A DNA stretch of 64,000 bases from Schmidtea nova (taxonomy: Eukaryota): contig CM097882.1 of NCBI GenBank assembly GCA_044892505.1, forward strand, positions 216,566,001-216,630,000, given 5' to 3'. Of the stretch, positions 49,701 through 56,440 are shown in pieces (position 1 is the first letter of the stretch; each line of letters begins with the position of its first letter). Both the position numbers and the translations under genes were made by a program. The notes under the pieces are model-generated. The model was given only the letters and a program-made list of their open reading frames with translations, was not told the origin of the DNA and ran no database searches.

Positions 49701-50204
49701 CAATTCCGGCATAATCGGTGCTATTGCATTATGTAGCATTTTTGCCTTTGTACTGGGTTCGTTTATCCGCCACAAATTCTTTAATTCTGGGTCAATTATC
49801 GCTAACACATCCATTATCGTTTTGGTGAGCCATTCTTCTCCTTGACAAACTTGATTCTCCTCTTTTCCTCTGATTTCTGCGATTTTGTCTAGTTTCTTCA
49901 AGCAAATCTCCCATTGCTCTTGTCTCCTTTCTTCTCTTGTCTTTGGAATTGTTGTTGCTGGATCTATCTTTGGTCTCCCTCTTGGTCGTTTTTCCATTCC
50001 AGTTCCGGTTTCTACAAATCTCGCTGCTCTTCCGGTTTCTTCTGTAACATCTCTTCCTTCGTTTGCTCGTTGTTCTAACCATCTTTCCATTTCTTGAGTA
50101 AACTGTGGTTGTTCTTGCTCGTCTTCTGATTCGTTTACCATTTCTATGACTACCTCCTGTTCCACTCCTTGATCGTCGATTTCTGCTGGTGACGTTATTG
50201 GCAT
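40665..50204 (-). CDS. pol: 3179-aa polyprotein: AT-hook, Bcl-2-like, Env, PR, RT, RNase H, IN, ankyrin repeats, signal + FN3-like module
   Basis: PR IDTGA; RT LDLKSGYWQ, PFGLTNAPASFQ, YIDD; RH TYASG...EAYAI...TDH; IN H-X6-H...CLTC, DVVG/DQG/ERFN, GPY; see the sub-features. Confidence 0.97.
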   Translation of the reverse strand: MPITSPAEIDDQGVEQEVVIEMVNESEDEQEQPQFTQEMERWLEQRANEGRDVTEETGRAARFVETGTGMEKRPRGRPKIDPATTIPKTREERRQEQWEICLKKLDKIAEIRGKEENQVCQGEEWLTKTIMDVLAIIDPELKNLWRINEPSTKAKMLHNAIAPIMPELIKAKTKSNHLDWQGTTMLIKRLLNGAETDSKYLVAISYTIYNLLTLSRGSPKSSPMGRHIKNTAMVIEKEIEPYILRKGGWEKFIKENQTKEGSNVMRKKLEGVLREMENRQTMQGNGRSTLNLNSIIMMMLVWLLSTEGVTTFEVFDCDQMKLGEKYSLRGTEQCKDATPVELKEIKKEQWYHVYQEAELIKTMVNECKVQKTRFAFYCGRGHYSAIVMPGTEREPIVLQGEDCEALFKHGEVTTRDKIKIKGKPGMMLQQTYYVAGRITGGEGYCQGETYPIFGAPATNLVVMDTYIVELKSYEAFFEPTTGEMKTLSMCKIDRSMCQTGMSTLVYKPKVNECQLQLLQGAKFDEIQGKTFQEEDDDDKARAKHLKEALENKRQLKPDHREKRIEMRTTPTVLITTNQDVGMRFIKGKATLKCSTTVYETNYPGIYVSKQEVPNAKPKIDTMDIKLHLYVNNKMDFLFHRGQASLQKVYYDLINNDCILNREILKTKLAVAITNPDSAMPLLPLREGHFGRVVGEAMYVYICEKTHASLAATTQLKPGQCTNELEIDYKGKVRYVQPVTRIINPPGFEPNPFNCSNAYGPLYQKPDGKWVMFPGRTEVLAPREFELMQLSKDRQFSDVDVSNNGIYSPKDLEAARQNILFPARREALLSNIVTITGGTNYREGPNYELLLSPAHFKKATENMMKAMWGRFLIFGQMMAGILGVILIIQIVRVIITQMLACFDIYKREKKVNWKMVVGFLPFLAKTMVLHGHSKDIHRIKRLLKILAKMKGTNEDVGRKFKKIMQDEQARRQLKKERKGLWERVRGYRTQDDSSNDDDDDDDRGGQENINQIPQYNEKSAVENWRYSAPPQSMYNEPIYKAKPNIMQMMPMTSIYPIIPEGCKVKRCKSVDPLEDTHTIAVMSTNMGPILTTTIEINGKEIEAMIDTGANISAIDINYIPEKNQGEIEKTNVHVIACSQETVEVAGRWFVKIKHRGAEINTYIAVIPSLSVPCIIGTDLMPDLFKEIVIDLGAMKLKDRTGKICRMKVKVASAEQIVVPARHEMMCYVKIDSTIKGDMIFEPSKKFEAKKELPMARELVTINQEGEIPINLVNFDEEDKIIYENERLGKLTPMSEIEIPDKNEKSKDELPWKIDSVLLDERQKEQLQKLLMEYKDIFAASDLDLGTCDVTLHTIPLTDETPIALRPYKLAEAQKAVAEEEVQKMLDAEVIEPSCSPWQFPVVMVKKKDGTQRFCIDYRRLNAVTKRDTYPLPDINEMLLTLQGAAYFTSLDLKSGYWQIKMKDEDKEKTAFTIGRDLYQFKKMPFGLTNAPASFQRCMNFVTHGIKQCMVYIDDLLIYSATFEDHLQDIRNVFVKLRQWKLKLKPSKCDWAKEKVTFLGHIVSAKGKEPDPRNIEKVKECPPPKTVTQIQEFLGLCGYYRKFIKDYAGISKPMQELVRQDVSFIWGKEQQAAFETLRDKLITAPILVHPDFKKPFLLATYASGYAAGAVLGQFDEEGKERVIGYYSRTFRKHERNYSVTEREAYAIILAIKHFKYLLWGHEIYITTDHQPLVWLGQHKESSSRLMRWAMQLQEYSPFIKFKAGKANANADCMSRFTFPELVNLNALKICALIAEDLDFSELRKDQLEDEELGLISKYLKEREIEIFGKNQTLREHMQKYQHRYVMEKGWLLIQDGERRLMCLPANRRKEIMTQYHDGKLGGHMSAKKTIGRLRQKYFWPTMEDDVKEWIKNCLTCATRKNVGTKWKTPLKPMPIPAEPMATIAMDVVGPLPESLKGNQYILVVTDYLTKFPEAFAIPDQKAKTVARILVEEICCRYGTPKKILTDQGTNFMSEILDEVTNYFRIAKLRTSPYHLQTNGQTERFNGTLIRMLSNYVSKHQTDWDEYINLCLMAYRMSIHAATKLSPFQLMYGRDCNLPIDLEYQPPLSQYMKVDDYVTKFKERMQEIWKTAELNIKFYQESYKDLHDQKKNVKAHDLKVGDWVIIETPEIIPGTVKKLQRPGKGPYEITTVNENNVRVRLVNNPLVRPIYVNACRCRKIPKTATLSPEKRVMTRSQTARINMLRVQQKPQTSLEDNRREAIDIKELAKKTREIIPEWKWWFDFSILSEVRKNVMEYAKDRTAHPITRTLLEEIPQTLNLQDKDGNTALHNAIKHGGNEKVKEIVEMILEGGGEIDKVNWEGITPLMMMTIHGRNDEIIKLFGNTRSNWMAKDKEGRTFLNHAIDRANHRILTYITENATWEIDELTRGPIMKQAIGVKNSKTWRILLKWKRPEGDSWVIDCNEVLIKGENALLKHLLEVTYDPKTLAVLIARDTLRVSENPREYKLDDRKKELFGLIKKWCDKQWNPDMSFEHFYDIQKQHKEISKRYKELVEALKYGQFFRQAVYQDQRMKQMQTRIRSKAVLFNAKADYHERLDVIVAKAQERLSEFKENKNSLEILGAITEKVHRYAQGDSNESDMETIKNQMPITFLLSKDGRLPIHWALRRKKENEVIEITKAMVKCEADMNTVDDNGDTIMIIAARKKTNFKVLSELYEAGAKIEGKNGKNNSIIDIAIQWNNFEMIKFMKSIKKQEDIGYLANNVKNFSLTVMIHDIEKTRALLTWVNPITKEPAFKINDHMEQNQNWCIRSALLRHKKPEIVEEFLKRRDLKLTNNPKEQERIGGWKDLFRKYVNEWANAKEAIKQSRLKDIEPSKDMEIREFESSTLAVQAYERLIEEINVEDDIFKGPGGGYRDFDDKSNNEENNEDNDNKRTEDNEKERQEEPKPTRNDKKGEAEERENRGTKDESTNYGKRTGSLLLRPEMLCIAILITIIGQGEAKKQYVTLEIIRGNEVYERICWKENLKKNDTLKCILSDLKRDVIQIKGLEKEKSYIICAIKQRGEPKAPQVTACQLYKATEALKIQKWIGKRSEETTRRTEVESEKGKNQSEAEEGIRNRTEKERITKNPAGKLTFQPELICVATRTDKQRMESKTTAIYSRTSKGTKENAMANTDDKWRNARH
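40960..41285 (-). other. Internal signal peptide plus one FN3-like Cys module at the polyprotein C-terminus
   Basis: EMLCIAILITIIGQGEA|KKQ then ICW...C...IQIKGLEKEKSYIICAI...C, matching the modules in 15750-17200. Confidence 0.6.
41960..43270 (-). other. Two ankyrin-repeat clusters (~42870-43270 and ~41960-42260) fused downstream of integrase
   Basis: QDKDGNTALHNAI, NWEGITPLMM, KDKEGRTFLNHAI, KDGRLPIHWAL, VDDNGDTIMIIAA, KNGKNNSIIDIA. Confidence 0.88.
43590..44640 (-). other. Integrase domain (HHCC, DD35E, GPY)
   Basis: YHDGKLGGH...CLTC; IAMDVVGP; ILTDQGTNF; GQTERFN; GPYEI. Confidence 0.95.
44880..46150 (-). other. Reverse transcriptase and RNase H (first catalytic Asp reads Tyr)
   Basis: RT motifs intact; RNase H FLLATYASGYAAGAVL with codon TAC at 45228-45230 where the family has TDAS. 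Confidence 0.95.
46600..46960 (-). other. Aspartic protease
   Basis: INGKEIEAMIDTGANISAI ... CIIGTDLM. Confidence 0.93.
47420..49340 (-). other. env: Envelope glycoprotein resembling chuvirus (Jingchuvirales) G
   Basis: Signal LNSIIMMMLVWLLSTEG; FEVFDC...YSL...C; C.LNREILKTKLAVA..NP; GEAMYVYIC; CTNELEI...VQPVTRI; GIYS..DL......ILFP; WGRFLIFGQMMAGILG + TM; REKR at 48516-48527. Confidence 0.8.
49437..49922 (-). other. Putative Bcl-2-like domain
   Basis: MLIKRLLNGAETDSKYLVAISYTIYNL (divergent BH1 position) and EIEPYILRKGGWEKF (BH2 WIxxxGGWxxF-like), with helical spacing typical of the fold. Confidence 0.6.
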
Positions 50205-50209
50205 CTCTA

Positions 50210-53011
50210 TTATTCTGTCAAAATATTCGCCGTTGGTTTTTGAGTCAACTTTGTTAATTCTTCTATCGCTTCATCACTGTCTGTTAGTATCTCATCGACG
50301 TCATACGCTTCTGGCGGTGTTCTCTCTCTTGTTTTTATTGGTGTTGTCCTTGCTTGTCCTGAACTTGTTCCTGGGATATTTGTTGACTTCGTCGGACTTG
50401 GTGTACTCATGCTTCCTTTCGCTTTCTTTTCCTCTTTAAACTTCAGTGGTTGACCCACTATTTGTGCCACTGTTAGCGTATTCATTAGATCCAATTGCAC
50501 TGGTGTCAGCCAGATTTCCAAATTGTTATCCAACGATCGTCCTTGATGTTGCAGGTGGAATGGTAGTTCGTACATCAGTTTCTCTTTAACACTTTTCACT
50601 TTTTCCGTTAGCATCACCCAAAACTCTTCTTTTCTCTGATTCGGATACATTATCCTCAAATGTATTTTCTGTGGCGTTTCCTCTGCAAACTCTTTGTTTC
50701 TCCACTTTTTTATTACATCGTCTAGTTGCTCCGGACACCACTCATTAACTCTCTTGTACTCTGCTATCGCTTTAGCTACTTTTCTCAAGTTCGTTATGTC
50801 TTCTCCATTTGAGATTATGAATTGTGCTAAGCCTTTTATTGTTTGTCTTTTTCCCCGAGTATTTCCTCTCAACAGCTCGATCAATTCACTCGTTTTCTGT
50901 TTCTCCAATTCTGCCCATATTACTGCAGTTTCTGGTCCGTCTAAGTCCGTTGGTAGTAACCTCCTTGTTACCATACATATCCGTTTCGTATTCCGTTCAT
51001 ATCTGTCTTCTTCTTCCGGATCTTCTTCATACACGCCTCTTTTCACTTTCCAACATTTCTCTTTGTTATCCCATTGCTTCTCTACTGGCGTCAATCGTCG
51101 TCTATTACGATCCAATTCTCCCAATATTGTCTCCCATTCTGGCTTCATCTGCCAGTTCCGATAGATTTCTACTATCTGCCTCAACTTGCGCATAACGTCC
51201 TCTTGTCGTTTCTTTCTTCTTTCCTCATCTCTTGGTGTTGCTCTTGGCACATCATCCATTCTGATGACATGTATTGTCTGATAATTATCCCATATGCCAA
51301 TTTTGTACGCTCGTCTCTCATCACGTTCGTTCAGTAGATGTTCTTTGTATTTTATCGCTATGTCATCCTCAAATTCGTCTTCCCGTTCTCGTTGCAATAT
51401 CGTCTCATTGATGACCTCTACTATTTCTCCCACTTTACTATCTGGTATTACTTCAATTTGTCTTGTCTCTTCGTTCGGTAATCTCACAGTAATCATCAGA
51501 TCTGATACCTCTCCTCTTTTAAACATTTCTTTTCCCATCTTTGCAATTAGCTTGTCTGTTTTGAAATTTGAATGTCTCGTTTGACTTGTATCTCGTATGT
51601 TTTCGATACACTGTTTCAAATTCTCATACTCGCTTTTTGTCAATTCCTTTCGATGTTTCTTGATTTGTTGGATGATCTGTTCTATCATCGTATTCAAATT
51701 CTCTGCCAAGATTCTTTCCTTTGCCTCCATCAACTGAGGTTTTATTCTCATCTCATAACACGTATTCGCTTCTCTGACGATTCCTTGTAGGTTCTCTTCC
51801 TTCTTGGTGTTGCATATAGATAGCGTTGTTATTTCTCCTGGCCATATGCCTGTGTCTATCATATGCGTTCCTTTTCTCACCAATCCGTTTTCCGAATATA
51901 TGAATTTGTCTTTGTACGAGCTTCCCAATCTGTCCTCAACCCATCTGTAAATTCCATCCGTCATTGGGTTCCTTATCCAGATTCTTGGTGAACACTCGTT
52001 TATCCATATTTGTATTACGTATTCGTTCAGTGGCTCTTTCAATAACTTCTCTATGAATTCTTGTATTACCCTCACTTCTCTTTCTTGTAACCACTCTTTA
52101 TACTTCGTCTGCCATACTGCTCGTATAAACTTTCTATATCGTTTCCCGTCGATAAACTCCTCGTTATGGATTACTTCCAACGCGTTATCCATCAGCTTCT
52201 GAATTTCCTCTTCCTTTACTGACATCGTTTCTATCGTCTCGACTACTTCCATCTTTTTATCCTCGTTTTCCGGTTCCTTTAGCATGTCTCCTGCCAGACT
52301 GCTAACTTCGCTGTCGTCTTCTTCATCTGACAACTCTTGTCTTGGGTGTCTCAGCATCCCAATATGCGCGGTTGGTCTCGCTTCGTTTTTGCTAACTTCT
52401 TGTATTAGTTCATTCTCGTTTCCCGTTATTTCAGCTTTTCCCATTCTCTTTTCCAACTCGTCTATTTCTTCCAGCCGTCTTCGTCTTATTTTTCCTTTAA
52501 ATATTCGACTGATCCGAGTTTGATGTTTTACTGGTGGGGGAATTTTCTCCGGTTCCACCTCTCTAATGATCATCACGTTTATTTTCGTCTCCGTTACTCC
52601 CATATCTTCCCATATATCAGTCATCTTCAACTTTACTTCTGGCAAATCCTCTGTTTGTAGGAATGCTTCTCTGGGCAGTTTCGTTACTCCCGGCATCATC
52701 TCATTTACTTTATTGAACAATCTTCCCACTTCTTCTTTTACATCGTGTTTGAATCGCCACACGTGATCATTCGGCATGATCACCAACATTCCTCTTTGTT
52801 TGATTCTCACTTCCTCTTCTTGATTCGTTTCTTTTTCTGTTTCTTTTTCTGTTTCTGTTTCTTTTTCTACTTCTTCCACTTTTTGATTCTGCTCTGTAGT
52901 TTCTACTTCCTGACTCACTTCTTCTTGTTTCTGCTCTTCGTTTCTTTTCTCTTTAACTTCTAACTCGTCTGGCTCATCCTGCTGCTTCTCTTCCATCATT
53001 GCTCGCATCAT
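50210..53011 (-). CDS. 933-aa post-Gag region with four ubiquitin-like domains
   Basis: Ubl-like segments at ~52562-52795, 51812-52021, 51260-51499 and 50462-50668 (e.g. MITVRLPNEETRQIEV; HLQHQGRSLDNN; THMIDTGIWPGEITTL). In frame with gag across TAG 53153; one base out of frame with the downstream ORF. Confidence 0.7.
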   Translation of the reverse strand: MMRAMMEEKQQDEPDELEVKEKRNEEQKQEEVSQEVETTEQNQKVEEVEKETETEKETEKETNQEEEVRIKQRGMLVIMPNDHVWRFKHDVKEEVGRLFNKVNEMMPGVTKLPREAFLQTEDLPEVKLKMTDIWEDMGVTETKINVMIIREVEPEKIPPPVKHQTRISRIFKGKIRRRRLEEIDELEKRMGKAEITGNENELIQEVSKNEARPTAHIGMLRHPRQELSDEEDDSEVSSLAGDMLKEPENEDKKMEVVETIETMSVKEEEIQKLMDNALEVIHNEEFIDGKRYRKFIRAVWQTKYKEWLQEREVRVIQEFIEKLLKEPLNEYVIQIWINECSPRIWIRNPMTDGIYRWVEDRLGSSYKDKFIYSENGLVRKGTHMIDTGIWPGEITTLSICNTKKEENLQGIVREANTCYEMRIKPQLMEAKERILAENLNTMIEQIIQQIKKHRKELTKSEYENLKQCIENIRDTSQTRHSNFKTDKLIAKMGKEMFKRGEVSDLMITVRLPNEETRQIEVIPDSKVGEIVEVINETILQREREDEFEDDIAIKYKEHLLNERDERRAYKIGIWDNYQTIHVIRMDDVPRATPRDEERRKKRQEDVMRKLRQIVEIYRNWQMKPEWETILGELDRNRRRLTPVEKQWDNKEKCWKVKRGVYEEDPEEEDRYERNTKRICMVTRRLLPTDLDGPETAVIWAELEKQKTSELIELLRGNTRGKRQTIKGLAQFIISNGEDITNLRKVAKAIAEYKRVNEWCPEQLDDVIKKWRNKEFAEETPQKIHLRIMYPNQRKEEFWVMLTEKVKSVKEKLMYELPFHLQHQGRSLDNNLEIWLTPVQLDLMNTLTVAQIVGQPLKFKEEKKAKGSMSTPSPTKSTNIPGTSSGQARTTPIKTRERTPPEAYDVDEILTDSDEAIEELTKLTQKPTANILTE

Positions 53012-53152
53012 GTTGATCCTTGGATTTCCTTTTTTTAACTGTTGTAATCGTTGTTGCCTGACTTGTTCTTCTTCTCGTCGTACTCTAGCCCATTCTTGAT
53101 TATGTTTCTGTTGACTCTCTCTATTCTCTCTTTCGGCCTCAGCTTCTATTAA

Positions 53153-54610
53153 CTAGATCATGTTTATCTTTGGTTGAGCAGCTTGCTGGCTTCCTTTTGC
53201 CATGCTTTCGATTATCTCGTGTAATCTGGATACCTCCTGTCTCAACTTAGCTTCTTTCATACTGGCTTCATTTGCACTGCTGTTTGGGTTATTCCGTTGT
53301 TGACCCTGATTCCCATAGCTGGGTCGATTCCCGTAATTCGGTCTATTTCCACTGTTTGACCAACTTCTCTGTTGATTACAGTCTCTTGACATGTGTCCGG
53401 TTTTTCCACATGTGTAACACGTTTTCCCATAACATCGATTTTCTGAGTGACCCTTTTGTGCACACAGTTTACAGGCTACATTCTGAAAACACTCTTGTTG
53501 CCAATGTCCGTTTTTCCCACACGTCTGACATTGCTTATTCTGCCTGTCATTGTAACTATTTCCTCCACTCGTGTTCACCGTGATATATCCGTTATTCTTC
53601 CTCGCTGGCGGTTCTTTGAATAGTCTCTGCGAATGGGGAATACTTTGATTCATGTTTCTTTTTCCTTGTTCTTCATCTTCTGTCGTTTTTCCCATCACCG
53701 CCGTAATTCTCATGTCGTTCATTGCCATATGCAATTCGAATAGGTTGGCTGCTTCCAACGCTTCATCTATTGTTTTACACCCTTTGCATCCTACTTGTGC
53801 TCTGATGTCAGGTCTCCTGAGACCTCGTACGAATAACGCTGTCATCAATTCCTCATCTACTGGACTTCCTCTGTTAAATGCCAGTTTCGCCAACTTTCTT
53901 AATTCACTTGCGTACACCGCATTTGACTCATTTCTCCTCTGTTTTCTTGCTGAGAACTCATCGAATGCTTCATTCAGCACTTTGTTTATCCCAAACGTCT
54001 GTTGGAAGAACTCCTTGATCGCTTCCCACGTTCTGGGTGGACTACTTCCAGATCTCTTTTCGATATACAGATCCAATGCGCTATCTTTCAAGTATAGCGG
54101 GATTCGATTTGCCAACGTTTCTGCACTCCATCCGCATATATCCACGAATATGCCAAATTCCTTTAGAAACGTGTCCAATCTACTGGCGTCTCCATTGAAT
54201 GGTTCGCCCTTGAATTTTTCTCTCAGATCCTCTCTGTGTTCACTCATCCCGATTCCACTATCTTGGAATACTGTACTAGTTTTCTTTGCTTCTAGTTCAC
54301 CTCTTGTTTCTGAATTCGACTCTTCTTCTTCACTACTCTCTGTTTCGTTATCTCTTGATTCGCTTCTTGTTCTGTTTTCCCTGACTAGTTCACTGTCTAT
54401 CGTCTCTACTTCGTTTTGAACTTCTAGATCTTCTGGGGTTTCTTCTTGGTTCTCTTTATTACTCGAATTATCGCTGATCTCTACTTGTTTGTTCTTTTGT
54501 TGCTTAGGCTTGTTACCTGTTCTTGTTCTTTTTGCTGCTTTTCTTTCGGCTTCCGTTAAGATTGGTATTATACCTGATCTTGTTTCTCGTCCCTCAATTT
54601 TGTCTATTCC
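53153..54610 (-). CDS. gag: Gag (capsid + three CCHC zinc knuckles); frame open to 54610 and continues past a TGA at 54611 to ~54745
   Basis: FNGD...FL..F...W...LYLKDSALDLY; MHR-like KQRRNESNAVYASELRKLA; CQTCGKNGHWQQEC, CKLCAQKGHSENRC, CYTCGKTGHMSRDC. Confidence 0.93.
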   Translation of the reverse strand, partial: GIDKIEGRETRSGIIPILTEAERKAAKRTRTGNKPKQQKNKQVEISDNSSNKENQEETPEDLEVQNEVETIDSELVRENRTRSESRDNETESSEEEESNSETRGELEAKKTSTVFQDSGIGMSEHREDLREKFKGEPFNGDASRLDTFLKEFGIFVDICGWSAETLANRIPLYLKDSALDLYIEKRSGSSPPRTWEAIKEFFQQTFGINKVLNEAFDEFSARKQRRNESNAVYASELRKLAKLAFNRGSPVDEELMTALFVRGLRRPDIRAQVGCKGCKTIDEALEAANLFELHMAMNDMRITAVMGKTTEDEEQGKRNMNQSIPHSQRLFKEPPARKNNGYITVNTSGGNSYNDRQNKQCQTCGKNGHWQQECFQNVACKLCAQKGHSENRCYGKTCYTCGKTGHMSRDCNQQRSWSNSGNRPNYGNRPSYGNQGQQRNNPNSSANEASMKEAKLRQEVSRLHEIIESMAKGSQQAAQPKINMI

Positions 54611-55123
54611 TCAATTTCTTATATTCTCAACTGATTTTCTACTCCGCTTTTGCTTTGCTTCTTCTTTGATTTGTTTCCTTTGACTGCTCTGACTGCTAGA
54701 TTGCTTTGAATTGCTTGATTGATTTGTTTCCTTAAAACAAATAATCACTTACACGATACGTCCCCGTTATCGTGTTTCTCGTCCCTCTCACGGGTGTAGT
54801 CATAATTCATGAAGATCCCCATTTTTCCCATTTCCCTTGATTTTAAGTCTATTTAAATTATCTATGCAGTCGTATTAATTATCTATTCTTTATCAAATAC
54901 ACCAATTACTTTTCCCCAGTTCCCCAATTACTTTGTCGCTCAGCGCTCTTATTATTCCCTTTACTTTTCTCAGGCTTCTCTGGCTCTGAGTTCAAATTTC
55001 CCCTTATCTATCGATTACTCTGTTTCTCAACTATTCGCTTTATTTCCTATTCATACTGCGTTTACTACTTCATTTCAATTCTCATCTCTACTCACCTTTA
55101 ATTCCACTGACATCTCTCGTTGG

Positions 55124-55505
55124 CCTGTTGGGCTTTCCAATCAGCGCCTTTAATCTCACTTTTTTATCTCGAACTTTGTTACTCTCAACTTCACTCATTA
55201 TCTCATTAGCCTGCTGGGTTTTCCAGTCAGCGCTTTTATGATCCTCCATTTACCTCTTTGCTGTCGACTTCTAACTGCTCTTTACTCCGATGATCATCAC
55301 TTTTGACCTGCTGGGTCTTCCAGTCAGCGTCCTCAATTTCACTCCTTTATTATTACTCACTTTTATTCTCTTGATCTTTCCTGATCGTCATCATTGACCT
55401 GCTGGGTTTTCCAGCTAGCGTCTTTACCACTTTACCTGTCTTAACAAACCGGTTTCCTTTTATTCCCATCGAATCTCCTGGTCTGCTGGGTTTTCCAGTC
55501 AGCAC
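55124..55505 (-). promoter_or_regulatory. Five conserved 24-nt stem-loop motifs spaced 84-97 nt apart in the 5' leader (candidate packaging/translation signal)
   Basis: cctgctgggttttccagtcagcg-like copies start at 55124, 55210, 55307, 55398 and 55482; ctg-ctgg/ccag-t-cag stem. Confidence 0.55.
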
Positions 55506-55825
55506 CTTTACTTACTCACTTTACTTTACTACTCCTCTGTATGCATACTTTCACCTCATTAGGCCACATAATCAGCTTTACTCGCATTTATCAATACCTA
55601 GGTGCGCACCTTCAACTCTCTCGTTATTAATTCGGTTTCTTTCAACCCTTATTCCTCATTATTCGCTATTCATTTTCACTATTCATCATTTATCCTCATT
55701 ATCACTTATTCATCTCCATTATCGCTTATGGATCTTCACTATCCGGATAGTTTTATACTTTATTTAGTCCTCATCTGCCTCACTTCGTCGTCTTTCTCGT
55801 GGGCTTTTACTCGATATTTTATTTC

Positions 55826-56440
55826 GAACGAGAACTATGCTCACCGTTGAGAACTATGCTCACTAACGAGAACTATGCTCAATGACGAGAACTATGCTCA
55901 CTAACGAGAACTATGCTCACTGACGAGAACTATGCTCAATGACGAGAACTATGCTCACTGACGAGAACTATGCTCACTGACGAGAACTATGTTCTCTGAC
56001 GAGAACTATGCTCACTGACGAGAACTATGCTCACTGGCAAAACATGGTTGTTATGAGGGTTTTGCTTACTGATGGAAACTCTTTGCTCCGGGGACTATGT
56101 TCCCCGATGAGAACTATGCTCACTGATGGTGACTACAGGAATTATGTTTCCTGATGAGAACTACGCTCACTACGATGACTATGTTTATTGATGAGAACTA
56201 CGCTCACTGATGAGGACTATGTTCGCTGGTCTTGTGTTTATTAATGAGAACTCTGCTCACTACGAGATTTATATTTACGGACGAGAACTATGCTCACTAT
56301 GATGTTGTGTTTTATGACGAGACCTACGCTCACTAGGATGTTATTTTTATGACGAGACCTATGCTCACTATGAGACCTATGCTGACTAGGATGTTATTTT
56401 TATGACGAGACCTATGCTCACTATGAGACCTATGCTCACG
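55826..56440. repeat. 19-bp tandem minisatellite (acgagaactatgctcactg) in the leader, degenerating rightwards
   Basis: About 11 near-perfect head-to-tail copies to ~56037, then degenerate copies. Confidence 0.9.

Noticed and set aside
50205-50270. Programmed -1 frameshift between the 933-aa and 3179-aa ORFs
   Set aside because: No X XXY YYZ heptamer in the overlap; loss of a single A explains it more simply. Not excluded.
50720-50920. CARD/death-fold-like stretch (KTSELIELLRGNTRG)
   Set aside because: The resemblance is limited to a few residues; needs a profile or structure search.
40276-54683. Many + strand hydrophobic ORFs overlapping the element (also minus-strand ORFs over 15437-19210)
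   Set aside because: Antisense shadows of an A-rich coding strand; rich in F/L/S/V with no recognisable motifs.
55124-56440. CRISPR-like appearance (hairpin repeats with spacers)
   Set aside because: Eukaryotic retroelement leader with no cas genes; the spacers are degenerate copies of the repeat or share motifs with each other.
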